The notes beneath the pieces were generated by a model, which saw nothing but the letters and a program-made list of their open reading frames with translations, was not told the origin of the DNA and searched no databases. From Candidatus Staskawiczbacteria bacterium (GTDB taxonomy: Bacteria > Patescibacteriota > Minisyncoccia > Minisyncoccales > Staskawiczbacteraceae): 64,000 bases of DNA. The stretch lies in assembly GCA_026395175.1 (NCBI GenBank), contig JAPLZF010000017.1, positions 12,017-76,016 of the forward strand, in the 5' to 3' direction. Position numbers and translations under genes: made by a program. Of the stretch, positions 26,222 through 33,541 are shown piece after piece (position 1 is the first letter of the stretch; every line of letters starts with the position of its first letter).

Positions 26222-27297
26222 AAATAAAAAAGAATTTATTTAAAAATATCACTGCGCTGAGGAACAAGGATTTTTCAAAAGTAAACGCAAAATTTTTGAG
26301 AAAAGTTGCGTCGGCAATGGGAGTTATTTTATTGCTGGCGTTCTTTTTCATATGTTTTGAAATTTACGTTCCAATAAATCCCGGTTCTCACGAAACAATC
26401 ACTTACACTGTCCAGAAGGGCTGGGGAGACGATGAAATTGCAGACAATCTGCAGAAATTGAAAATAATCAGAAGCAGTTATTTTTTTAAATTTTATGTCA
26501 TAGCCACTTTGCAGCACTCCAAATTGCAGGCAGGCGAATATAATATATCTCCTAAAATGTCCATATACCAGATTGCCAAAAAAATGGCGCAAGGAGATGT
26601 CATTAAAGACAATGTCATAATTTTGGAAGGCTGGGACATAAATGATATCGGAAAATATTTGGAATCGAAAAATATTTGCCAGCAAAATTATTTTATTTCT
26701 TTAACGCAGAAGGATTACTCGAATGATTTTGATTTTTTGCAGGACAAGCCGAAAAAAGCCGGCCTGGAAGGTTATCTTTTTCCAGATACCTACCAAATTG
26801 CCAGAGGAGAAACCTGCGAAGACATATTAAGCGCAATGCTGGCGAATTTCGACAAAAAATTAACTCCGGATATGAGAGCTGAAATTGCAAAAGATCCAAA
26901 GGGTACCCCAAAATCAATTTTTGACATAGTCACAATGGCTTCCATGATTGAAAAAGAAGTCAGAACTTTAGACGACAAAAAAATTGTTTCAGGAATTTTG
27001 TGGAAAAGAATAGCAATAGGAATGCCTTTGCAATTGGATGCGACAGTCAATTATGTTACAGACAAGAGCGATGCCAGCGTCAAAATAAAGGATACCCGGA
27101 TAGATTCGCCGTATAACACTTATAAATATAAAGGCTTGCCGGCCGGACCGATTTCAAACCCTGGAATTGATTCAATAGTTGCGGCAATTTATCCGAAAGC
27201 CACAAATTATTGGTATTATTTGTCAGACGGAAAAACATATTTCAGTGAAACGCTATCCCAGCACAACGCCGCCGCAGCAAAGTATTTAGGGCACTAA
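26218..27297 (+). CDS. mltG: Endolytic murein transglycosylase MltG (YceG-like)
   Basis: N-terminal TM, LEGYLFPDTY, and ASMIEKE catalytic-Glu motif. Confidence 0.88.
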   Translation: MKIKKNLFKNITALRNKDFSKVNAKFLRKVASAMGVILLLAFFFICFEIYVPINPGSHETITYTVQKGWGDDEIADNLQKLKIIRSSYFFKFYVIATLQHSKLQAGEYNISPKMSIYQIAKKMAQGDVIKDNVIILEGWDINDIGKYLESKNICQQNYFISLTQKDYSNDFDFLQDKPKKAGLEGYLFPDTYQIARGETCEDILSAMLANFDKKLTPDMRAEIAKDPKGTPKSIFDIVTMASMIEKEVRTLDDKKIVSGILWKRIAIGMPLQLDATVNYVTDKSDASVKIKDTRIDSPYNTYKYKGLPAGPISNPGIDSIVAAIYPKATNYWYYLSDGKTYFSETLSQHNAAAAKYLGH

Positions 27298-27300
27298 CTA

Positions 27301-27329
27301 TTGACATATAAAACCAGATAGATTAAGAT
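27301..27329 (+). promoter_or_regulatory. Promoter TTGACA-17-TAAGAT for rplJL
   Basis: ttgaca at 27301-27306 and taagat at 27324-27329. Confidence 0.5.
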
Positions 27330-27349
27330 ATAAACATAATTAAATAAAG

Positions 27350-27429
27350 CCATAGACAGCAGGCCGTAGGTCCCGAGCAAAGCGAGGGATTTGCTATAAG
27401 TCCTGCCCAGGCGAAGCTCTTGTCTGTGG
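27350..27429 (+). promoter_or_regulatory. Ribosomal protein L10 leader-like structure
   Basis: Outer stem ccatagacag / cttgtctgtgg, inner stem gcagg/cctgc, and hairpin cccGAgc-aaa-gcGAggg with tandem G.A. Sits directly upstream of rplJ. Confidence 0.6.
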
Positions 27430-27452
27430 TTAAAAACCGCATTTTTTATTAT

Positions 27453-27950
27453 ATGGCATTAACAAAAATACAAAAAACAAAGCAAATAGACAGCATAAAA
27501 GAAAAGCTTTCAAACCAAAAATCAATAGTTTTTGTTGATTTTAACAAAGTTCCTTCAAAGGAAATGTTTTCCTTGAGAAAAACCTTAAAAGAAGCCGGTT
27601 GCAATTTGAAAATTGCCAAAAAAACATTGGTAAGAGTTGCTTTTGGGCAATCAAACATTTCTTACTGGAATAAAATAAAGTCCAGCATTCCAGGACAATT
27701 GGCACTGGTTTTTGGAGTTGAAGATGAAATTGCCCCGGCAAGAATTGCCAACCAGTTTGCAAAAACTCAGGAAAATCTGAAAATTTTGGGAGGAATTTTT
27801 GAGAACAGATTTATAGACAGAGAAAAAGTATTAGTGTTGGCGAATATACCGCCAAGAAACGAATTATTGGGCAGATTGGTTGGCTCTATTTATAGTCCAG
27901 TTACAAGTTTTGTGAGAGTTTTAAATAAAATAAGTGAAAAAAATAACTAA
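27453..27950 (+). CDS. rplJ: 50S ribosomal protein L10
   Basis: MALTKIQKTKQIDSIKEKLSNQKSIVFVDFNKVPSKEMFSLRKTLKEAG. The start was trimmed from 27420 to the ATG at 27453. Confidence 0.9.
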   Translation: MALTKIQKTKQIDSIKEKLSNQKSIVFVDFNKVPSKEMFSLRKTLKEAGCNLKIAKKTLVRVAFGQSNISYWNKIKSSIPGQLALVFGVEDEIAPARIANQFAKTQENLKILGGIFENRFIDREKVLVLANIPPRNELLGRLVGSIYSPVTSFVRVLNKISEKNN

Positions 27951-27958
27951 TTAAATTT

Positions 27959-28031
27959 CGCTTGGCAATCAAATTTTTTTTCGCTAAGTCCTCGCTTCGC
28001 TGCGGAGCTCAAAAAAATTTATTGCCTCGCT
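27959..28031 (+). repeat. 73-nt palindromic intergenic element, copy 1 (12 nt before the rplL ATG)
   Basis: cgctTggcaatcaaattttttttcgctaagtcctcgcttcgctgcggagctcaaaaaaatttattgcctcgct. Differs from copies 2 and 3 at one base. Confidence 0.9.
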
Positions 28032-28043
28032 ACATTAAATATT

Positions 28044-28439
28044 ATGACAGACGACACAAAAGTTCCAGCTAAATTTGAAAAATTAGTTGGCGAGATAGAA
28101 AAAATGCCAGTTGTAGAATTGGCAGAATTAGTAAAAGTCTTAGAAGAAAAATTTGGCGTTTCGGCAGCAGCTCCAGTTGCAGTAGCAGCCGCCACCGCAG
28201 GACCTGTTGAGGAAAAAACATCTTTCAGTGTTGAATTGAAAGAAGTTGGAGCTCAGAAAATTGAAGTCATTAAAGTTGTTAGAGATGTTACTGCAAAAGG
28301 ATTGAAGGAATCAAAAGACCTGGTTGACGCAGCAGCAGCCGGCACCGCGCAAATGATTAAAGAAGACGTCAAAAAAGAAGAAGCCGATGAAATTGTAAAG
28401 AAATTTACAGCCGCCGGCGCCAAAGTGGAGATAAAATAA
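28044..28439 (+). CDS. rplL: 50S ribosomal protein L7/L12
   Basis: Ala-rich hinge [14 protein letters not shown] and C-terminal domain [24 protein letters not shown]...GAKVEIK. Confidence 0.92.
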   Translation: MTDDTKVPAKFEKLVGEIEKMPVVELAELVKVLEEKFGVSAAAPVAVAAATAGPVEEKTSFSVELKEVGAQKIEVIKVVRDVTAKGLKESKDLVDAAAAGTAQMIKEDVKKEEADEIVKKFTAAGAKVEIK

Positions 28440-28443
28440 CAAT

Positions 28444-28482
28444 AAAAAACAGCCCATTCGATTAACTCAGGGCTGTTTTTTT
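28444..28482 (+). terminator. Bidirectional-type terminator hairpin, repeated in inverted orientation at 36499-36537
   Basis: aaaaaacagccc / gggctgtttttt stem around the 14-nt loop attcgattaactca. Confidence 0.8.
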
Positions 28483-28509
28483 ATTACAAAAGTGATAAAA
28501 TTGTTTAAT

Positions 28510-28583
28510 GGACGATTAGCTCAGCTGGTTAGAGCGTTGCATTCACATTGCAAAGGCCGCAGGTTCGAGTCCTGCATCGTCCA
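28510..28583 (+). tRNA. tRNA-Val (CAC)
   Basis: Acceptor ggacgat/atcgtcc, D-stem gctc/gagc, anticodon stem ttgca/tgcaa with loop ttCACat, T-stem gcagg/cctgc. Confidence 0.9.
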
Positions 28584-28593
28584 CAAAAAAATC

Positions 28594-28971
28594 ATGAAAA
28601 TAGTATTTAATACAAAAAAATATTTTTGGACCGAGCATTCAAAAATAAAAATGCGTCAGTATGGGCTTTCAAAACAAAAGTTGCTGGGCATATTAGCCAG
28701 GCCAGAAAGAAAAGAGTTGGGGATTGTGCCGGGAACTTTTGCCATGATGAAAACCAACAAAGTATTTTTTAAGGCAAAACAAATAACTTTGGCAAAGGCC
28801 TGGCAGAAGCCCAAAAAAGCTCCGGGCGAAATTTGGATAATGTATAAAGACACAAAAGATTTTCGCAAAATAATTTCAGCCTGGCGGTATCCTGGAATTT
28901 CAAAACCCGGCGAAGAGATACCAATTCCAGAAGATATTAAAATTTTTTTAAAAAGTAGTATAATAGAATAA
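28594..28971 (+). CDS. Hypothetical 125-aa protein (possibly DUF4258-like)
   Basis: FWTEHSKIKMRQYGLSKQKLLGIL resembles the H-x3-(R/K)M-x3-G-x-S pattern of DUF4258. The ORF-track start at 28492 runs through tRNA-Val, so the start was moved to the ATG at 28594. Confidence 0.45.
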   Translation: MKIVFNTKKYFWTEHSKIKMRQYGLSKQKLLGILARPERKELGIVPGTFAMMKTNKVFFKAKQITLAKAWQKPKKAPGEIWIMYKDTKDFRKIISAWRYPGISKPGEEIPIPEDIKIFLKSSIIE

Positions 28972-29360
28972 TGCAAACAAGCGGAAGGCAAAATATTATA
29001 TCTTTGTGGTTCTTTTGGCATTTTTATGAAATGCCAAAGTTTTTGCTGGCAGTCTGGAAAAACTACATTATGTTTGCTTTGGATTATTTTTCGCTTCCGC
29101 TTTTGTTGAAATCTTTTTTTGCTCCTTGGCGGAAATATAGATGGAATTACCCAAAAGGATTTGACGTTGGAGAATTTTTCAGCACTTTAATTTCCAATAT
29201 ATTTTCCAGAATAATAGGGGCCATAATGCGGATTGTTTTAATTATAGCCGGAATTTTATTTCAAATTTTTGTTGTTCTCGCCGGCTTGATTATTTTTTTG
29301 TTATGGATATTAATTCCATTTATTATAATTGCGGGGTTTTTATTTGTCTTTATCTATTAA
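28971..29360 (+). CDS. Hypothetical membrane protein (129 aa)
   Basis: C-terminal TM helices IVLIIAGILFQIFVVLAGLIIFLLWILIPFIIIAGFLFVFI. Overlaps the preceding stop by 1 nt. Confidence 0.55.
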   Translation: MQTSGRQNIISLWFFWHFYEMPKFLLAVWKNYIMFALDYFSLPLLLKSFFAPWRKYRWNYPKGFDVGEFFSTLISNIFSRIIGAIMRIVLIIAGILFQIFVVLAGLIIFLLWILIPFIIIAGFLFVFIY

Positions 29361-29361
29361 A

Positions 29362-31893
29362 ATGCCATTCAATTTCCAACTAAAACATACAGCAATTTTA
29401 AAAGCAGTAAAAAGGGAAAAATTTCCTTTGTTTCGGTTCGCCAATTTTTTAAAAAATGTTTTTTCATTTTTATTTATTCTTTCCTTTTTGCTTGTTGGTT
29501 TTTCTTTTTTTAATTTTATTTCCGGATATTCAACTGCAAAAATGCTGGTTTTATTTTTATCTTTGTATCTCATTTTTTGGGATGTAGATTTATTTGTTGA
29601 TTCAAAAATAAAAAAGCCGGAAATTAAGCCAGAGGCTGACAACCTGGCGGAATTTTTGAATTTTAATTCAGCAAAAATTGTTTTAGATTCAATAAAATTT
29701 TGCAAAAAAAAGAAAATTATAGTTAATTCTGCTTCTCTTCTTTATTCTGCTATAAAAAACAGCCAAGACGTAAATTTGATTTGTTTTCGGCTGGGACTGG
29801 ATGTAAAAAAATTACAGAATGACCTTAAAAATTATTTGGAAAAAATGCCAAAAAATAATACTGCAGAAGAAGTTTTTTCAGATGATTTTCAAGAAACAAT
29901 AAAATGCGCGCTTTCGGTTTCAGTAGATAGAAAACACAATTATATTGGAGAAAAAGAAATTTTTGTTGGTTTGGCGAGAGAGGATGAATTTTTCAAAAAA
30001 ACTTTAGTTGAATTCGATTTGAAGCCAGAAGACATTGAAAACCTAACTTTGTGGCTGGATTCTGCAGAAGATTTGGCGGATAAAAATAAGGAATTTTGGA
30101 CTTTGGAAAATTTATTGAGAAACGGATCCTTGGGCAAAGATTTTTCTTCAGGGTATACCATAACGCTGGACCGGTTTTCCACTGATTGGAGAAAAGTTGT
30201 TTCAAAATGGAGGTTTCGCGAAATTATTGGCCACAAAAAAGAAATAGAAGAAACCGAAACAATTTTGGCAAAATCTGACATGGCAAATGTTTTGATTGTG
30301 GGAGAGCAGGGGACCGGCAGAAAAAGCATTGTTGAGGCTCTGGCGCAAAAATGTTATTTGGGCACTTCTATGCCCGAGTTAAACAGCAAGAGGGTGGTGG
30401 AGCTTGATTGCGTTTTGTTGGCAGCTCAAATTCCTGATTTTGAAAAATTAGAATCAACTTTAGACCAAATATTTGCAGAAGCGGAAACTGCGGGAAACGT
30501 AATTTTGGTAATTGACGACATTGAAAATTTTGTGGGGCAAAAAATTCAGAAAGCCGGAGCTTTTGATATTTCAGGAATACTTTCAAAATACCTTCCTTTG
30601 CCTAATTTTAAATTTATTGGAATTACATCTTATGAAGGGCTCCACAAAAACGTTGAAGAAAATGCTTCTTTTATAGATTTGTTTGAAAAAGTTGAAGTTT
30701 CAGAAATTACCGAGCAGGAAACAATAAATATTTTGCAGTCTTCGGCTTTGGAATTAGAATATAAGAATAAGGTTTTGGTTTTGTACCCAAGCATAAGGGA
30801 AATTGTAAATTTGACGGCAAGATATATGCCAAGCCTTCCTTTCCCAAAAAAAGCTTTGGACGTTTTAGACGAATCAGTTGTTTATGTCCGACGCCTGAAA
30901 GAAAAAGTTGTTTTGCCACATCACATTGCTGAAATTATTTCTAAAAAAACCGATATTCCGGTTGGAAAAATGGAAGTCAAAGAAAAAGAAGTTTTGCTTA
31001 ATTTGGAAAATTTAATTCATGGCAGAATTGTAAATCAGGAAGAGGCGGTAAAAGAAATATCAATTGCAATGAGGCGGGCAAGAATGGGAATTGGCTCAAA
31101 AACCCGCCCAATGGGAACATTTTTGTTCTTGGGCCCCACAGGAGTCGGCAAAACAGAAACAGCAAAAGCCTTGGCTCAAATTTATTTTGGCTCAGAACAA
31201 AAAATGATTCGGCTTGATATGTCTGAGTTCCAGTCCATTTCAGACATTCCACGACTAATTGGCGCAACCTCGCCCGTTGAAATGCAGGGGCTTTTGACAA
31301 CGCCTGTCAGAGAAACTCCATTTTCTTTGGTTTTGCTTGATGAAATTGAAAAAGCCCATCCAAATATTTTAAATTTATTTTTGCAGGTTTTAGACGAAGG
31401 CCACATAACAGACGGCCAGGGCAGAAAAGTTATTTTTACAAACACAATTATTATTTGCACGTCAAACGCCGCAGCAGACATGATTTTCAAACAAGTTGAG
31501 GCAAACCAGCCGTTAGAAAAGGAAAAGTTGCTGGATTCTCTTTTTGAAAAAAATATATTTCGACCGGAATTTATAAATCGTTTTGATGCTTCTGTGGTTT
31601 TTCATCCTTTAACAAAAGATAATTTAATGAAAATAGCCCAGCTGTCTTTGCAAAGCCTGCAGAAAAGTTTGAAAGAAAAAGATATTGATTTTATAATTAC
31701 CGAGCCCTTGAAAGAAAAAATTGTCGGGCTTTCTTACAAACCAGAATACGGCGCAAGAGAAATGAGAAGGGTTATTCAGGACAAAGTTGAAAATGCCGTG
31801 GCTCAGGCTCTTTTGACCGACTCAATAAAAAAAGGCGACAAATTTGAAGTCAATTCTGAAACCTTTGAAATAATAGCCAACCCCGTAGAATAA
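29362..31893 (+). CDS. Membrane-anchored Clp/Hsp100-type AAA+ ATPase with degenerate first nucleotide-binding domain
   Basis: Two N-terminal TM helices and two Clp_N-like repeats. D1 P-loop is GEQGTGRKS (canonical GEPGVGKT) and D1 Walker B is ILVIDDIENF. D2 is canonical (GPTGVGKTETAKALA, VLLDEIEKAHP). Confidence 0.8.
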   Translation: MPFNFQLKHTAILKAVKREKFPLFRFANFLKNVFSFLFILSFLLVGFSFFNFISGYSTAKMLVLFLSLYLIFWDVDLFVDSKIKKPEIKPEADNLAEFLNFNSAKIVLDSIKFCKKKKIIVNSASLLYSAIKNSQDVNLICFRLGLDVKKLQNDLKNYLEKMPKNNTAEEVFSDDFQETIKCALSVSVDRKHNYIGEKEIFVGLAREDEFFKKTLVEFDLKPEDIENLTLWLDSAEDLADKNKEFWTLENLLRNGSLGKDFSSGYTITLDRFSTDWRKVVSKWRFREIIGHKKEIEETETILAKSDMANVLIVGEQGTGRKSIVEALAQKCYLGTSMPELNSKRVVELDCVLLAAQIPDFEKLESTLDQIFAEAETAGNVILVIDDIENFVGQKIQKAGAFDISGILSKYLPLPNFKFIGITSYEGLHKNVEENASFIDLFEKVEVSEITEQETINILQSSALELEYKNKVLVLYPSIREIVNLTARYMPSLPFPKKALDVLDESVVYVRRLKEKVVLPHHIAEIISKKTDIPVGKMEVKEKEVLLNLENLIHGRIVNQEEAVKEISIAMRRARMGIGSKTRPMGTFLFLGPTGVGKTETAKALAQIYFGSEQKMIRLDMSEFQSISDIPRLIGATSPVEMQGLLTTPVRETPFSLVLLDEIEKAHPNILNLFLQVLDEGHITDGQGRKVIFTNTIIICTSNAAADMIFKQVEANQPLEKEKLLDSLFEKNIFRPEFINRFDASVVFHPLTKDNLMKIAQLSLQSLQKSLKEKDIDFIITEPLKEKIVGLSYKPEYGAREMRRVIQDKVENAVAQALLTDSIKKGDKFEVNSETFEIIANPVE

Positions 31894-31900
31894 TATTTTA

Positions 31901-31928
31901 AAAAGCCGAGTTTATAACTCGGTTTTTT
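31901..31928 (+). terminator. Intrinsic terminator
   Basis: Stem ccgagtt/aactcgg with loop tat, then T6. Confidence 0.7.
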
Positions 31929-32029
31929 GATTGCGTAAAATATTGCGGTATTTTTTAAAATATGGTATATTATTCGTAGCACAAGGGGCAGGGGATTCCC
32001 CTCTGCATTACAACCTAAGGAGCAGGAAG

Positions 32030-32563
32030 ATGAAGACTTTTTGGAAGTTAGCGACATTGTTTCTGTTTGTTGTCATTGTTACGGGGTTTTACTACGAAGC
32101 CCGGTGGTCTAACCAGCCGGTCGCTGCAGTTTCACTGCAGTTGCCGGCGTTCCAAGGACGGATTATGGAACTGGGGCAAGTTCGTCCGGGGATGTTCTTG
32201 ATAGAACGCCCGTTCAGCGAGATTTCGGGTTGGGGCAAAGATGGCATTATGACCTACGGCGCTTCGATAAAAGGCAAAGCGGTATGTATCGAGGCATGGA
32301 GGCCTGACCCTCTTTCATCGGCTGTGTTTGAGCACTCTGAGGAAATATTTGATATTAATTTTCCTCGCTTGTATTTGATAGACAAAGTGAAGAGGGATGA
32401 CGGACGGCTGATAATCACGCCACAGAAAGATATTTTCGGAGTTTTTATCTGCTGTGTCTCACCCTTGGTACTCCTGTTCCTTGGCATCCATTCCACTTTC
32501 AGAGCAGGCTGGCCAAAACAATGTCGTGGCAAAGAGAGAAAGGACTTCTCATGCAGATACTGA
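32030..32563 (+). CDS. Hypothetical membrane protein (177 aa; GC-rich island 2)
   Basis: AAGGAG Shine-Dalgarno 7 nt before the ATG at 32030. N-terminal and C-terminal TM helices. Hand count gives 59 G+C in 32101-32200. Confidence 0.55.
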   Translation: MKTFWKLATLFLFVVIVTGFYYEARWSNQPVAAVSLQLPAFQGRIMELGQVRPGMFLIERPFSEISGWGKDGIMTYGASIKGKAVCIEAWRPDPLSSAVFEHSEEIFDINFPRLYLIDKVKRDDGRLIITPQKDIFGVFICCVSPLVLLFLGIHSTFRAGWPKQCRGKERKDFSCRY

Positions 32564-32823
32564 AAGCAAGCGACGATGAGTTTCAGAATTGGGCCATACA
32601 AGAGAAACTCGGGTTGGACTACGATTTGAGGATGGCGTTGTTGGAGGAATTGACAGCGTCGCCAAGGACTGCCTTGGCAAGAATCCACGACTTGTTACGT
32701 TCCTGGGTTTTAGAATATTCTCGCGTTTATCGCGTAGAAATCGAAACTGCTCTGGATCGCGATTCGCTTGAACTGGCGGATATGATAAGAGAACGTTTCG
32801 CAGAGGAGTTAGATGCAATCTAA
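32551..32823 (+). CDS. Hypothetical acidic 90-aa protein (GC-rich island 2)
   Basis: In the ORF 32521-32823, the ATG at 32551 is preferred because gagaaagga precedes it. Overlaps the upstream gene by 13 nt. Confidence 0.45.
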   Translation: MQILKASDDEFQNWAIQEKLGLDYDLRMALLEELTASPRTALARIHDLLRSWVLEYSRVYRVEIETALDRDSLELADMIRERFAEELDAI

Positions 32824-32996
32824 AGGTTTTCCTTTGCAAGGAAAGCAAGTGCCCTGAGTAGAAAACGAAAGGGGCTTTTTTATTGCGTTAGTTTGTGGAT
32901 AACCTTATTGTGCGACAGATTTTAAACAGCAGGGTGTGGATAACTAGTGTAAATTTACCCTATTTTACGACTAAAATGGGCATTTGGGGCAAGGTG

Positions 32997-33026
32997 TTGA
33001 CGAGGTGCTATGAAGTGGACTATAAA
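32997..33026 (+). promoter_or_regulatory. Putative mraZ/dcw promoter (TTGACG-18-TATAAA)
   Basis: ttgacg at 32997-33002 and tataaa at 33021-33026. Confidence 0.45.
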
Positions 33027-33060
33027 TAAGGAGAAGTGGGCAGAAGTGGATAAGTGTGGT
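33012..33060 (+). promoter_or_regulatory. MraZ-box-like direct repeats (GTGG with 10-nt periodicity)
   Basis: gaaGTGGac begins at 33012. It is followed by gaaGTGGgca, gaaGTGGata and agtGTGGtaa, with GTGG starting at 33036, 33046 and 33056. Confidence 0.55.
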
Positions 33061-33102
33061 AAAACTGCCATAAAGGGTGCATAACTTCTATACACAAATT
33101 TT

Positions 33103-33534
33103 ATGTTGATAGGGCAATATGAGCATACAATTGACGCAAAAAAGCGCTTGGCTTTGCCGGTAAAATTCAGGGGCGAGCTGGGCGACAAAGTAATTGTAAC
33201 AAAGGGAATAGAAAATTGCCTGGTTGTTTATACAGAAACAGAATTTAAAATAATGTCGGAGAAAATAAGCAATTTAACAATTAGCCAAGCAGAAGCAAGA
33301 AGCTTTACCAGAACCATGCTGGCTTCAGCAATGGAGGTTAATTTGGACAAGCTGGGAAGAATATTGGTGCCGGATTATTTAAAAAAATATGCCGGCCTGA
33401 ATAAAAATGTTGTTATATGCGGTTTGTCCAACAGACTGGAAATATGGGATTCTGAAAATTGGAATATTTTGACAAAAGAAGACGAAAAAGGAGTAAGCGA
33501 TATTGTTTCAAAATTAGGAGGGCTTGGAATTTAA
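33103..33534 (+). CDS. mraZ: Transcriptional regulator MraZ
   Basis: MLIGQYEHTIDAKKRLALPVKFR plus a second repeat, KLGRILVPDYLKKYAGL. Confidence 0.92.
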   Translation: MLIGQYEHTIDAKKRLALPVKFRGELGDKVIVTKGIENCLVVYTETEFKIMSEKISNLTISQAEARSFTRTMLASAMEVNLDKLGRILVPDYLKKYAGLNKNVVICGLSNRLEIWDSENWNILTKEDEKGVSDIVSKLGGLGI

Positions 33535-33541
33535 AATAATT

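Noticed and set aside
28492-28593. The ORF-track start at 28492 for the 159-aa ORF.
   Set aside because: The first 30 codons translate tRNA-Val (28510-28583). The start was moved to the ATG at 28594.
32254-32848. Minus-strand ORFs 32254-32688 (144 aa) and 32549-32848 (99 aa), and the plus-strand ORF 32589-32771.
   Set aside because: GC-rich DNA yields long spurious frames. The chosen plus-strand genes have SD sequences and TM-helix logic, but this call is less certain than the others.
32894-33053. Whether the cluster of DnaA-box-like sequences marks the chromosomal origin (oriC).
   Set aside because: No dnaA, dnaN or AT-rich unwinding element is adjacent, and the boxes are scattered over 45 kb upstream of unrelated genes. 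I kept it as a regulatory-motif finding only.
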